64,000 nucleotides of DNA from an uncultured Chloroflexia bacterium. Its GTDB lineage: Bacteria; Chloroflexota; Limnocylindria; Limnocylindrales; CSP1-4. How positions within the stretch are numbered: position 1 is the stretch's first letter; each line of letters opens with the position of its first letter. The stretch lies in the NCBI GenBank assembly GCA_963829295.1, contig CAWHHU010000010.1:642871-706870 (forward strand), read 5' to 3'. Shown here in pieces: positions 51,992 through 62,400 of this stretch. The translations under genes and the position numbers were made by a program. The notes below the pieces were generated by a model that saw nothing but the letters and a program-made list of their open reading frames with translations, ran no database searches and was not told the DNA's origin.

Positions 51992-52207
51992 GCGACCTCA
52001 CGAATATGTTGACACCTGCATCGATGGTCGCCCAGCACCGCCGTTCCCGTTACCTGCCGTCGGCCCCGGGTTGCGGTCCGAAGGTCACGAGCCGGGCAGG
52101 CCGTCCGGCGAGCGGCGATTGACGTTCGGCGTGGGTGAGTGCCGGTATGGAGGGCCGGTGGACGCTGCAGGTCCGGCCCCTCGTCGCCGGCGATCCGGGG
52201 GGCGCCG

Positions 52208-53041
52208 TCAGCGATCCAGGGGCCCGGCCGTGCGGGCGGGCACCGGCGCCGGAGCCTTGCCCTTGGGCCAGTACAGCTCCTTCTTGACGTGGAACTCCGG
52301 GAAGCCGTGCTCCATCAGGATCCGCTCCACGTTGAGGATCATGTCCGGGTTGCCGCAGATGTAGACGACGGTCTTGTCGGGCCGCAGACCCCGGTCACGG
52401 CATACCTGCCACACGACCTGCTCCGCGCGTCCGGTCAGCCCCTGCCAGCCCGTGTTGCGCGGGTCGGCGGGTCGGGAGATGGAGGGCAGGTAGGTCAGCC
52501 GGTAGGCGGGATCCTGCTGCCAGGCCTCGAGCTCGCGCCGGTAGCCGAGCTCATCCTCGAACGAGCAACCGTTGAGCAGGACGGTCCGCCGGGGTGCACC
52601 CTGGGCCATCGTCTCGCGGATCATCGAGATGAACGGCGCGATCCCGGTCCCGGTGCTGACGTACAGGTGGGTGCGGCGGTCATCGGGCTCGAGCATGAAC
52701 TTGCCCTTGGGCCCGATCATCCGCATCCGATGCCCCACCGGGAGGCGCCACAGCGCCGTTGTGAACCGGATGATCGGGACATGGCGCACGAAGAACTCGT
52801 AGCCCTCGGTATCGGCCGTGGACGGGCCGGAGGCGACCGAATAGGGCCGCTGCAGCATCCGGCCGTCGGTCACCACGCCCGTGGTCATGTACTGCCCGGG
52901 CTCGAACGGCGTGGCCGGTCCATCGAATTTGACCCAGAAGTACGCGAGCTCGTCGGTGAGCTGCTCGCGGCGCAAGAGGGTGGCGTTGTAGGTGTCGGCC
53001 TGCTGCTCGATGACTCGCGTGTCGTGGTCGAAGTCGGTCAC
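52208..53041 (-). CDS. fpr: Ferredoxin--NADP+ reductase (bacterial FPR type)
   Basis: RPYSVAS FAD motif and VSTGTGIAPF NADP motif. Start assigned to the GTG at 53041. The ORF-track start at 53335 would add an Arg-rich leader. Confidence 0.8.
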   Translation of the reverse strand: MTDFDHDTRVIEQQADTYNATLLRREQLTDELAYFWVKFDGPATPFEPGQYMTTGVVTDGRMLQRPYSVASGPSTADTEGYEFFVRHVPIIRFTTALWRLPVGHRMRMIGPKGKFMLEPDDRRTHLYVSTGTGIAPFISMIRETMAQGAPRRTVLLNGCSFEDELGYRRELEAWQQDPAYRLTYLPSISRPADPRNTGWQGLTGRAEQVVWQVCRDRGLRPDKTVVYICGNPDMILNVERILMEHGFPEFHVKKELYWPKGKAPAPVPARTAGPLDR

Positions 53042-53389
53042 GGATCGGGCTCCCGGTGGATCGCGCGCGGCCGCGAGCTCAAGACCCGAGGCGGCCGATC
53101 CTGAGTGTACCGCCGGGTCCGTGTCGTGGCCGCTCGCCCGCCTCGGGCGGCCGCCGCCCCGACGCCGCGGCCGCTCGCGGGCCATCGCGGCGCGAGGCCA
53201 AGCCCCCGAGGACCCGTGGTTCCCTGCCCATCGGACCGTTTCCAGGGGCGGATCGGCCCATGCCGTCACAACCCGCCCGTAACCCGGCCGACGCCGGGCA
53301 CCGTCGTACAATCGGGGGGTCCCCTCGACGCGCATTTGCGGGCTGCGTCCCCCACGGGGCCCGCCCTGTCAGCAAGGAGCCCCGCCACG

Positions 53390-56170
53390 ATGGCCCACAG
53401 CCCAGCCACGACCGCCGACCGTCCGCACGCTGCCGCCAAGCGTTACATCTATGCCTGGGGTGGTGGCACCGCCGAAGGCAACGGACAGATGAAGGACCTG
53501 CTGGGCGGCAAGGGCGCAGGCCTGGCCGAGATGACCCTTGCCGGCCTGCCGACGCCGCCCGGCTTCACCATCACCACGGTCGCCTGCAACGACTACTTCG
53601 CGAGCGGCAAGCAGCTTCCCGACGGTCTGTGGGACGACGTGCTGGTCGCGATGAAGGAGGTCGAGGAGCGGTCCGGCAAGGGCTTCGGCGACGCCGCCAA
53701 GCCGTTGCTGGTCTCCGTGCGCTCGGGCGCCAAGTTCTCGATGCCGGGGATGATGGATACCGTCCTCAACCTCGGCCTCAACGAGCAGACGCTGCAGGGA
53801 CTGGTCGCGCTCACCGGCAACGAGCGGTTCGGCTGGGATGCCTATCGCCGGTTCATCGCGATGTTCGGCAGGATCGTCATGGGCGTGGACGGCGCGCGGT
53901 TCGACGAGCCGCTCGAGGCCGCCAAGGAGACCCACGGGGCCGACGCGAAGGACACCGATCTCACGGTCGACGATCTCAAGGGCCTGGTCGAGGCCTACAA
54001 GCGGGTCGTCCGCGATGACACCGGCCGCGACTTCCCCACCGATCCGTTCGAGCAGCTCGATCTCGCGATCAAGGCCGTGTTCGCGTCCTGGTTCGGCAAG
54101 CGAGCCAACGACTACCGTAACAGCCAGAAGATCCCGCACGATCTGGGCACCGCCGTCAACGTGGTGACCATGGTGTTCGGCAACATGGGCGATGACTCGG
54201 GGACCGGCGTGGCCTTCACCCGGGACCCGAACACGGGCGAGGACATGCTCTATGGCGAGTACCTCACCAACGCCCAGGGCGAGGATGTCGTGGCTGGCAT
54301 CCGGACCGCGCCCAAGATCGCGCAGATGGAGCAGGACATGCCTGCCGTCTACGAGGAGTTCAAGCGGATCGGGGCGCAGCTCGAGAAGCACTACCGCAAC
54401 GTCCAGGACATGGAGTTCACGATCGAGCGCGGCCGCCTGTACATGCTCCAGACGCGGGACGCGAAGCGGACCGCCGCGGCCGCGGTGAAGATCGCCGTGG
54501 ACATGGTCCGCGAGGGCCTGATCAGCAAGGAGGAGGCGGTCACCAGGATCGAGCCGGTGCAGGTGGACCAGCTGCTTCGGGCGCAGTTCGACCAGAGCTC
54601 CCGCAAGGGCGCCCGGCGCGTGGCCAAGGGCCTCAACGCGTCGCCAGGAGCCGCCGTCGGCCGGGCCGTGTTCAGCGCGGACGACGCGGTGGACTGGGTC
54701 GCCCGGGGCGAGAAGGTCGTCCTGGTCCGGGTCGAGACGAGCCCTGACGACTTCCACGGCATGGTCCCGGCGCAGGGGATCCTGACCGCCCGTGGCGGTG
54801 CGACATCGCACGCTGCGGTCGTTGCCCGCCAGATCGGCAAGCCGTGCGTTGCCGGCTGCGCGGAGCTGGTCATCGACTACGGCACCAGGTCCGCCCGCAG
54901 CTCGGACTCCGGGCTCACGTTCAAGGAGGGTGACTGGATCAGCGTCGACGGTTCGACCGGCGAGGTCTTCCTCGACGCGCTGCCCACCGTGGCGGCGCGG
55001 TTCGAGGACCAGCCCGAGCTCCAGCAGATCCTGGGCTGGGCGGACGAGATCCGGCGCATGGGCGTGTGGGCCAACGCCGACAAGCCCGAGGAGGCCGCGC
55101 AGGCCCTCGGCTATGGTGCCCAGGGCATCGGCCTGTGCCGGACCGAGCACATGTTCCGCGAGGGCGACCGCCTGGAGATCGTGCGCGGTGCGATCCTGGT
55201 CGCCAACACGGCCACCCGGGCCAAGGCGAAGCTCGCCGCGGGCGAGAAGCTGACGGCAGACGAGCAGGAAGCCGTCGAGACCTTCGATGCGGCCATGGGC
55301 AAGCTCGAGAAGCTCCAGCAGGGTGACTTCGAGGGCATCTTTCGGGCGATGGACGGCCTGCCCGTCGTCGTCCGCCTGATCGACCCGCCGCTCCACGAGT
55401 TCCTGCCCAACCTCGAGGAGCAGCTGGTCAAGGTGACCCGCGCCGAGGACGCTGGTGGGGCGTCCGATGCGGACAAGGTGCTGCTCGCGACCATCAAGTC
55501 GATGCACGAGCAGAACCCGATGCTGGGCCTGCGCGGCTGCCGGCTGGGGCTGATGATCCCGGACTTCGTGAAGATCCAGACCCGGGCGATCCTCAACGCC
55601 CAGATCGCCGTCAAGAAGGCCGGCGGCAACCCCATCGCCAAGATCATGATCCCGCTCGTCGGCCATGTGAACGAGCTCGCCCGGACTCGACAGCTGCTCG
55701 AGGCCGAGGCTGAGGCGGTCCGCAGGGCGGCCGGCGAGGTCGAGGTCGACTACAAGTTCGGGACCATGATCGAGGTCCCGCGCGGAGCGCTCACCGCGGA
55801 CGAGATCGCGCGCGAGGCGAGCTTCTTCTCCTTCGGCACCAACGATCTCACCCAGATGACGTTCGGCTACAGCCGCGACGATGCCGAGGGCGGGTTCCTG
55901 CTCAAGTACGTCGAGGAGGGGATCCTGCCGGTCAACCCGTTCCAGACGCTGGATGACGCGGTGGCCGGCCTGATGAAGATCGCCGTCGACAAGGGGCGCG
56001 CCACGCGGCCCGACATCGAGCTCGGGATCTGCGGCGAGCACGGCGGCGATCCGGAGTCCATCCACAAGTGCGAGCGGATCGGGCTGGACTACGTGTCCTG
56101 CTCGCCGTACCGGGTCCCGGTGGCCCGGCTGGCGGCGGCGCAGGCTGCGCTGGCGTCGGCTGCTCGGTAA
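53390..56170 (+). CDS. ppdK: Pyruvate, phosphate dikinase
   Basis: ATG at 53390 preceded by AAGGAG. Catalytic His in GGATSHAAVVARQIGKPCVAGC. PEP-utilising C-terminal TIM barrel. 926 aa. Confidence 0.93.
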   Translation: MAHSPATTADRPHAAAKRYIYAWGGGTAEGNGQMKDLLGGKGAGLAEMTLAGLPTPPGFTITTVACNDYFASGKQLPDGLWDDVLVAMKEVEERSGKGFGDAAKPLLVSVRSGAKFSMPGMMDTVLNLGLNEQTLQGLVALTGNERFGWDAYRRFIAMFGRIVMGVDGARFDEPLEAAKETHGADAKDTDLTVDDLKGLVEAYKRVVRDDTGRDFPTDPFEQLDLAIKAVFASWFGKRANDYRNSQKIPHDLGTAVNVVTMVFGNMGDDSGTGVAFTRDPNTGEDMLYGEYLTNAQGEDVVAGIRTAPKIAQMEQDMPAVYEEFKRIGAQLEKHYRNVQDMEFTIERGRLYMLQTRDAKRTAAAAVKIAVDMVREGLISKEEAVTRIEPVQVDQLLRAQFDQSSRKGARRVAKGLNASPGAAVGRAVFSADDAVDWVARGEKVVLVRVETSPDDFHGMVPAQGILTARGGATSHAAVVARQIGKPCVAGCAELVIDYGTRSARSSDSGLTFKEGDWISVDGSTGEVFLDALPTVAARFEDQPELQQILGWADEIRRMGVWANADKPEEAAQALGYGAQGIGLCRTEHMFREGDRLEIVRGAILVANTATRAKAKLAAGEKLTADEQEAVETFDAAMGKLEKLQQGDFEGIFRAMDGLPVVVRLIDPPLHEFLPNLEEQLVKVTRAEDAGGASDADKVLLATIKSMHEQNPMLGLRGCRLGLMIPDFVKIQTRAILNAQIAVKKAGGNPIAKIMIPLVGHVNELARTRQLLEAEAEAVRRAAGEVEVDYKFGTMIEVPRGALTADEIAREASFFSFGTNDLTQMTFGYSRDDAEGGFLLKYVEEGILPVNPFQTLDDAVAGLMKIAVDKGRATRPDIELGICGEHGGDPESIHKCERIGLDYVSCSPYRVPVARLAAAQAALASAAR

Positions 56171-56229
56171 GAGGTCTCGAGCGGCCGCCGGCCGCGGAGC
56201 TACGGATCGAGCGGGCGCCGGCCGCAGTG

Positions 56230-57675
56230 CTACGGAGCGGGCGAGGTCATCACCCAGCTGATGCTGTTCCAGTCGATCTTGTCGACGAACAGCTGGTCTC
56301 TGATCGTCGACCCCGGCGGTGGGGTGGCCGCGATGACCGGCCCCATCTCGGGTGGCAGCTGGTAGAGCATCTCGAACAGCTGCTTCGCGATCGCAGGATC
56401 GATCACGAACCGGCGCGTCTCCTCGCCGTTCGCGGTGTCGACGACCGCGTACACGTAGGTCGATGGGTTTGCGAGCAGCGGTCCGAAGTCGATCACCGCG
56501 GTCTGCGTCTGGCCGCTCTCGCCGTTGTCCAGCTGTCGCCACGGGAAGTCGCGCGGAGCGTGGAGGACGACGGGCAGCGTGTTGGCCACCTGCAGGCTTC
56601 GGGTGCTGGGGATGCCGGCTCCCGAATACGGGTTCTGGAGCTCGGTGACGATGGTCCGGATCGTGTCCTTGGCCTCGCTGCGACACGTGTCGTCGGCCGT
56701 GGCGCAGCGGAGTGCGAGCCCGTTGCCGAGGGCCACGTCGTCGCCGGTGACGCTGAGCGTGAAGTCGCCCAGTGAGAGCGGCTTGGGGGTGGGCGAAGGG
56801 GTGGGGCTGCCCGTCGATGGCGCGGGCGATGAGGAACCGTTCGGTGACGCTGATCCGCCCGCGCTCGGACTCGCCGAGGCGGTCCCGGGTGCCGAGGTCA
56901 AGGACGCGGCGAGGCTCGGTTCGGGCGTGCCCTTGGGGGCGAACGGCCCGAGCCCGGCGGCAAACGCGACGGCGCCCAGGGCGAGCGCCGCCACCAGGAG
57001 ACCGGCCATCGGTGGAATCCAACCCGGCAGCATCGGACCCTGGCTGAGCGTGGCGCGCAGCTGGATCGGCGCCTGGCGTCCGGGCGCGACATTGACCTGG
57101 AATGGCCGCGAGCGCCGGGGCCCGAACGGGAATGGGTCATCGACGCGGACCGCGACCCCGAACCCGGCCTGCTGGTCGGGCTGGATCACGGCGCGACCGG
57201 GGGTCACCGTCAACCGCAGGCGGCGGTCGGGGTCGACCGCGTCGACCACCACCTCGACCGGGGCATTTCCGTGGTTGTCGACGGCCACGTCGTGACGTGA
57301 CCCTCGACTGCCGCGTGAGGTCTGGGGCGCGACGTCCGCACTGATGGCGCTGAACGGCGTGACGGTGACGCGCCCCTCCTCGACCGTCGAGCCTCGCGGA
57401 TCCGCAGCGGGACGGACGCGGACGCCGAACGGCAGCGTGCCCGCCCTCGGCTTGCTGGCGCGCGGCGGCGCGAACGTGATCGTGGCCGTGCCCTCGGCGC
57501 CGGGGAACAGTGACAGCGAGGGCGGATCGACCCGGACCCAGCCGGTCACGCCGACGACGTCGACGTCGAAGCGGTCGACGATGGAGCCCGAGTTGCGGAC
57601 GCGGATGGTGGTCGAGGCCTGCGCACCCGCGTCGACGGCGAGATCGATCGGGGCGAGGGTGGCGACGGCGGACAT
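56230..57675 (-). CDS. Single-pass membrane protein: two N-terminal Ig-like beta-sandwich repeats - TM - Ser/Pro-rich linker - C-terminal globular domain (hypothetical)
   Basis: Repeats of I-V-N-G...D-F-V-V...ITF-PPR pattern, TM GLLVAALALGAVAFAAGL, SPS/PTPSP linker. Local GC is lower than in the neighbouring housekeeping genes. Confidence 0.6.
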   Translation of the reverse strand: MSAVATLAPIDLAVDAGAQASTTIRVRNSGSIVDRFDVDVVGVTGWVRVDPPSLSLFPGAEGTATITFAPPRASKPRAGTLPFGVRVRPAADPRGSTVEEGRVTVTPFSAISADVAPQTSRGSRGSRHDVAVDNHGNAPVEVVVDAVDPDRRLRLTVTPGRAVIQPDQQAGFGVAVRVDDPFPFGPRRSRPFQVNVAPGRQAPIQLRATLSQGPMLPGWIPPMAGLLVAALALGAVAFAAGLGPFAPKGTPEPSLAASLTSAPGTASASPSAGGSASPNGSSSPAPSTGSPTPSPTPKPLSLGDFTLSVTGDDVALGNGLALRCATADDTCRSEAKDTIRTIVTELQNPYSGAGIPSTRSLQVANTLPVVLHAPRDFPWRQLDNGESGQTQTAVIDFGPLLANPSTYVYAVVDTANGEETRRFVIDPAIAKQLFEMLYQLPPEMGPVIAATPPPGSTIRDQLFVDKIDWNSISWVMTSPAP

Positions 57676-57722
57676 CAGGCGCAGTCTATCGGGATGGCCG
57701 CTCGAGTGGCAGCCGTTCGCTT

Positions 57723-57734
57723 GCCCGATCGGGC
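57723..57734. promoter_or_regulatory. Perfect 12-bp palindrome GCCCGATCGGGC in the divergent promoter region between the two membrane-protein genes
   Basis: Read from the sequence. A related half-site ATCGGGA occurs 30 nt upstream. Confidence 0.3.
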
Positions 57735-57814
57735 CGTGTGGCGGACGCGGCGCGAGGGAGCTCGACGGCGGCCGCTAGACTGTCGCCCTGTCTTCGGCGC
57801 GGAGGAGCGGACGC

Positions 57815-59257
57815 GTGGTCGTATGCAAGGTCTGTGGCACCGAGAACGAGCAGGGAGCGGCGTTCTGCGGTTCGTGCGGCTCGTTCCTCGAGTGGAACGG
57901 CGAACCGGCCGCGGACGACGCGCCGACCGCGCCGGTCCCCACGGCGGGCGTGCCGGCTGCGCCGGTGTCAACGGCATCGACGCCAGGCGCGCCGACCGAG
58001 CCCGTGGCCTCGCCGCCGGATCCCGGCATGGGCGCGATGCTGGTGTGCCCGGCATGCGGCACGGCCAACGAACCCTCGCGAACGTTCTGCAAGCGGTGTG
58101 CGACAGAACTCGCACCGCCGCCGGCGGAGCCGCCTGCACCGCTCCCGGCCGGCCGTTCCGGCCCGCCGCTCGCCCTGCTGGCCGGTGCGGCGGTGGTCAT
58201 CCTGGTGGTGCTGGGCGGCGCCCTCCTGCTCTCCAGAGGGTCTCCGTCGGGCTCCGCGACCGAGGCCCCATCGACATCGGCTGACGTCTCGCCCGGTGCC
58301 TCCGCGCTCGTCGCCGGCAGCCCCTCGGCGACATCGTCGACGAGCAGCTCCCCGGCGAGCAGCCCGGGTGCCAGCCCGGCCGGCAGCGCGACCCCGTCGC
58401 CCGCCACGCCGCCACCTTCGCCGACACCCACCCCGGCGACCGCGGGTACGGGCCGGATCGTGTTCACGGCCGAGAAGAATGGCAACTCGGATGTCTGGGT
58501 CTGGGATGCTGCCGACGGCGCCCAGCACAAGCTCGTCGGTGGCTCGGGAAACCAGTCCGACACGTCCTGGGCGTGGGACCTGTCTGCAGTCGTGTATCGC
58601 ACGGCCGACGGGCTCCGCATCATCAACGCCGATGGCAGCGCTCCGGCGGTCCCTGACCTCACCCACCACCAGGCCGACCTCAATCCGGCCTGGTCCCCCG
58701 ATCGCAAGCTGATCGCCTTTGCCTCCACCAAGAGCCACGGCCAGGGGCCGTCGAACGGCAGCCTCGACATCTACACGCGACCGGTAGCCGACAACACCGT
58801 GACCCACCGGCTGACCGACGATCCTGCCGACGACTGGGATCCAAGCTGGTCACCCGACGGCAGCACGATCGCGTTCGCCTCACGCCGAACCGGAGATGGG
58901 CACCTGTTCCTGATGAACGCGGATGGCAGCCATCAGCGCGAGCTCGATCTCGGCCCAGGGGTCTACGACGATCCGTACTTCTCACCGGACGGGCAGTGGC
59001 TGGCGTTCACCCGGCGTGAGAAGGCCCACGCGCTCAAGGAGCTATACGTCGTCCACCCCGACGGCTCGGGCATGCGACGGCTGACCAGTGTGAACGTCAA
59101 CCAGAGCGACCCGACCTGGTCGCCCGACGGCAAGCTGATCGCCGTGTCCCGGGGTGGCGCGGGTGCGCCGATCGTCATCGTCGATGTCGCAACCGGTCAG
59201 GACGTGCTCCAGCTCGGCGTCACCGGCGCGGCCAATCGCTGGCCCGACTGGCGCTGA
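57815..59257 (+). CDS. Double-zinc-ribbon - TM - Ser/Pro linker - PD40/TolB-like beta-propeller protein
   Basis: CKVCGTENEQGAAFCGSCG and CPACGTANEPSRTFCKRCA ribbons, one TM. Five or more W/F-SPDG-x-x-IAF repeats (DxxWSPDG...) typical of PD40 blades. Confidence 0.75.
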   Translation: MVVCKVCGTENEQGAAFCGSCGSFLEWNGEPAADDAPTAPVPTAGVPAAPVSTASTPGAPTEPVASPPDPGMGAMLVCPACGTANEPSRTFCKRCATELAPPPAEPPAPLPAGRSGPPLALLAGAAVVILVVLGGALLLSRGSPSGSATEAPSTSADVSPGASALVAGSPSATSSTSSSPASSPGASPAGSATPSPATPPPSPTPTPATAGTGRIVFTAEKNGNSDVWVWDAADGAQHKLVGGSGNQSDTSWAWDLSAVVYRTADGLRIINADGSAPAVPDLTHHQADLNPAWSPDRKLIAFASTKSHGQGPSNGSLDIYTRPVADNTVTHRLTDDPADDWDPSWSPDGSTIAFASRRTGDGHLFLMNADGSHQRELDLGPGVYDDPYFSPDGQWLAFTRREKAHALKELYVVHPDGSGMRRLTSVNVNQSDPTWSPDGKLIAVSRGGAGAPIVIVDVATGQDVLQLGVTGAANRWPDWR

Positions 59258-59469
59258 CCGCGCGGTCCCTGCCGCCCGGCTCTGACCAGGCCAGATCCGG
59301 CGGGGCTCGGAGTGGTGTGGTGCCGTCGGGGGAGGTCCGGAACGGTCGGGTGGGCTGGGCAATAGGGACGGCTGCCGGGTTGCCTGCGGTGGCGTCCCGT
59401 GGATAACTGGGTGGACCCGTTCCTGATCGCGGTGGCACCATAGCGGAACGCCGCACCGAAGCGAGCGGC

Positions 59470-62400
59470 GTGAGGTGGAGAACGCCATTGCGAGACGGAA
59501 ACCGTCCGGCTCGATCGGCGCGGGGACCTGATCCGTTTCATGCACCGCTCGTCGTCCCGGCGAAGATCCGCATCCCGGCACCGGAAGCGCTTGCACGCTC
59601 GCGCCTCGAGTCGAGGCTGCGGGAAGCCTGGCGGCATCGGCTCACGCTTGTCGTCGCCCCCGCCGGATCCGGCAAGACCACGCTGGTGGCGCGTTTCGCC
59701 GCGTCGGCCGGCGTCCCCGTGGGCTGGTATCGGGCCGAGAGCTGGGATGCCGACGAAGCCTCCTTCGTGCGCCACGTGGAGGCCGCGCTGGCAGGCGTCC
59801 TGCCGGGGCTCAACGACGGTTCCGGGACGGTCGACGATCTCGCCCGGGCGCTCGAGACACATCCCGTGCCCGTGGCGGCCCTGGTCATCGACGACGGGCA
59901 CGCCCTCGAGGGAACGGCCGCCGAGTCGGCGCTCGGCCGGTTCGTCGATTACGCACCGCCGTGGCTTGCGGTCCTGATTGCGGGACGAGTCCCGCCATCG
60001 ATCAACCTGCCCAGGTTGCGGGTATCGGGCGAGCTGCTCGAGCTGGACCAGGACGACCTTCGCTTCCGCGCCTGGGAGGTGGAGCAGCTGTTCCGCGACG
60101 TCTACCACGACCCGATCCCGCCGGCCGATCTGGCCGTGCTCGCGCGCCGAACCGAGGGCTGGGCAGCCGGCCTGCAGCTGTTCCACCTGGCCACTCGCGG
60201 CCGCCCGGTCGAGGAGCGCCGGCGGGTGCTCGGCAGCGCCGGTGTGAGTGGTCGCCTGCTGCGCGAGTACCTGGCCCAGAACGTCCTGTTCGGCCTGCCC
60301 GAGCAGCTCCGCGGGTTCCTGGTCGAGACTTGCGTCCTCGGGCGGCTGTCCGGCCCGCTGTGCGATCGGCTGCTCGGATCCGGCGGCAGTCAGGCGAAGC
60401 TCGACGAGCTCGCCCGCCGAAGCGTGTTCACGGTCCCGGTCGAGGACGCGGACGACACCTACCGCTACCACTCGGTGCTCCGCCAGCACCTGGATCGGAT
60501 GCTGGTGGAGGCGTTTGGCGAGGTCGAGGCGCGCGTCCGGCACCGACGCGCGGGTGAGCTCCTGGAGGCCGACGGTGCGCTGCCGGAGGCATTGAGCGCC
60601 TACTGTCGCGCCGAGGACTGGGATGCGGTCCGCAGGCTGCTCGGCCGGCAGGGCGAGCACCTGGCGGCGGCCGGGCGCAGCGGCTGGGTGGACGCCGTCC
60701 CGCCCGCGATCGAGCGCCACGACCCGTGGGTGGCGCTCGCGTCCGCACGCAGGGCACGCAACAACGGCCGCTGGGTGGTCGCAACGGAGGGCTACCTGCA
60801 CGCCGAGACGATGTTCGGACCGTCGCGGGCCGCGGACGCCCCGCGGCGCGAACGGCAGGTGATCGCCGCCTGGCTGGATCCGACCGCCTTGCCGACGGCC
60901 GACGCGGCAGGCGTCCTGCGGAGCGGGCTGGTGCGGGAGCCCCTGACCGTTGCTCGAGACGGAGCCCCGGCCGACGACCCGGCGATGCCGGTCACCAGGG
61001 GGCTGCTGGCCCTCGCGGCCGGTGACGTCGCGGCAGCCCGGCGCCAGCTGTCACAGGCGGCGGACTCCGGAGAGACGGGTCCGCTCGCCGGGGCCGCGGC
61101 GCGGCTGGGTGCGCTGGTTGCGGCATGCCTGGGCGGTGATGCCTGGGACCCGATGGTGCTCGATCGGGCGGTCGAGGCGGCGGAGCGCGCCGGTTCGCCG
61201 TGGCTGGCCAGGCTCGGGCGGACCCTGGCAGCCGAGCTCGACGGGAGCAGCGCGGCCGGTGGTCCCCGGGGTATCGGTCGGGAGCAGGTCGCCCCGGGGG
61301 GGACCGGTGGCGGAGGCGACGACGGGGGTGGGCGGCAGGACCAGGATCCGTGGGCGCCGGCGCTGCAGCTCCTTGCCCGGGCCTGGGCCCGATCCGAGGA
61401 TGCCGAGGCCCGGCACCGAACGGCCGATGGCGCTGCGACGGCCTTCCGTCGCCTCGGCGCCGGCGTGCTCGAGGCATGGTCGAGGGGGCTCGCGGCCATG
61501 GCGTCGGCCGCCATGGGCAGTGCCGACGCCCGTGAGGCGGCGCTCGTGGCCGAGTCCGCAGGCCGTGCCGCGGGGACCCAGGCGCCCCGCCTGTTCGCCT
61601 ACGCGGCCCTCGCCGAAGTCGACGATGCGCACGCCGCCGACTACGAGCTGATGGCGGAGGCGGTCGCGGCGGACACGGGTCTGACACTGCAGCGCGCGGA
61701 CCAGCAGGCCGACCGCGTCGGGCGGCCGGCGGCCGTGGCCGGGGTTGGCCAACCCGACCGGACGGCCGCGCATGGCAACGGGGCCGGTCCGAGCATCCGG
61801 ATCACGACCCTGGGCGGGTTCGGGCTCGATGTCGACGGCCGCCGGGTCCCGCTCGATGGCACCAAGCCGCGTGTGCGGACGCTGCTGAGGCTGCTCGCCG
61901 TCCACACGGGAACGCCCGTGCACCGCGAGGTGCTGCAGGAGGCTCTGTGGCCGGACGCTGGCGCCGCTGCCGGTGGCCGCAACCTGCATGTGGCGCTGTC
62001 CGCGCTCCGCCGCTGGCTGGACGAGGTGGCTGCCCCGGTCGGGGGCCAGCTGGTGGAGCGTGATGGCGATGCGTACCGCCTTGCACTGCCGGCCGCCGCC
62101 GTCGATCTGGGACGGTTCGACGAGGCGATGGCAGAGGCGCGTGCAGCGCGATCGCGAGGCGAGGTGGCGACGCCCGCGCTCTCCGCCGCGGTCGGGACCT
62201 ATGCTGGCGACCTCCTGCCCGAGGAGGGTCCAAGCGAATGGGTCGTCGTGCGGCGCGACCACTACCGCCAGGCGGCGGTCGAGGCCGCCCGGGGCCTGGC
62301 CGAAGCTTCGCTGCTCGCAGGCGATCTGGCGACCGCCGTCCGCGCCTGCCGGTTCGGTCTCGAGCTCGATCGCTACCAGGATGCCCTGTGGCGGATCCTG

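Noticed and set aside
51156-52001. N-terminal 282 codons of the 791-aa minus ORF 49626..52001
   Set aside because: It overlaps the PyrK-like gene (51152..51991) in a different frame. The GltD-like protein clearly begins at MTEHASP (ATG 51155).
53105-53389. Upstream 95 codons of ORF 53105..56170
   Set aside because: Arg/Pro-rich leader with no homology. The ATG at 53390 has a perfect AAGGAG RBS, and PPDK homology starts there.
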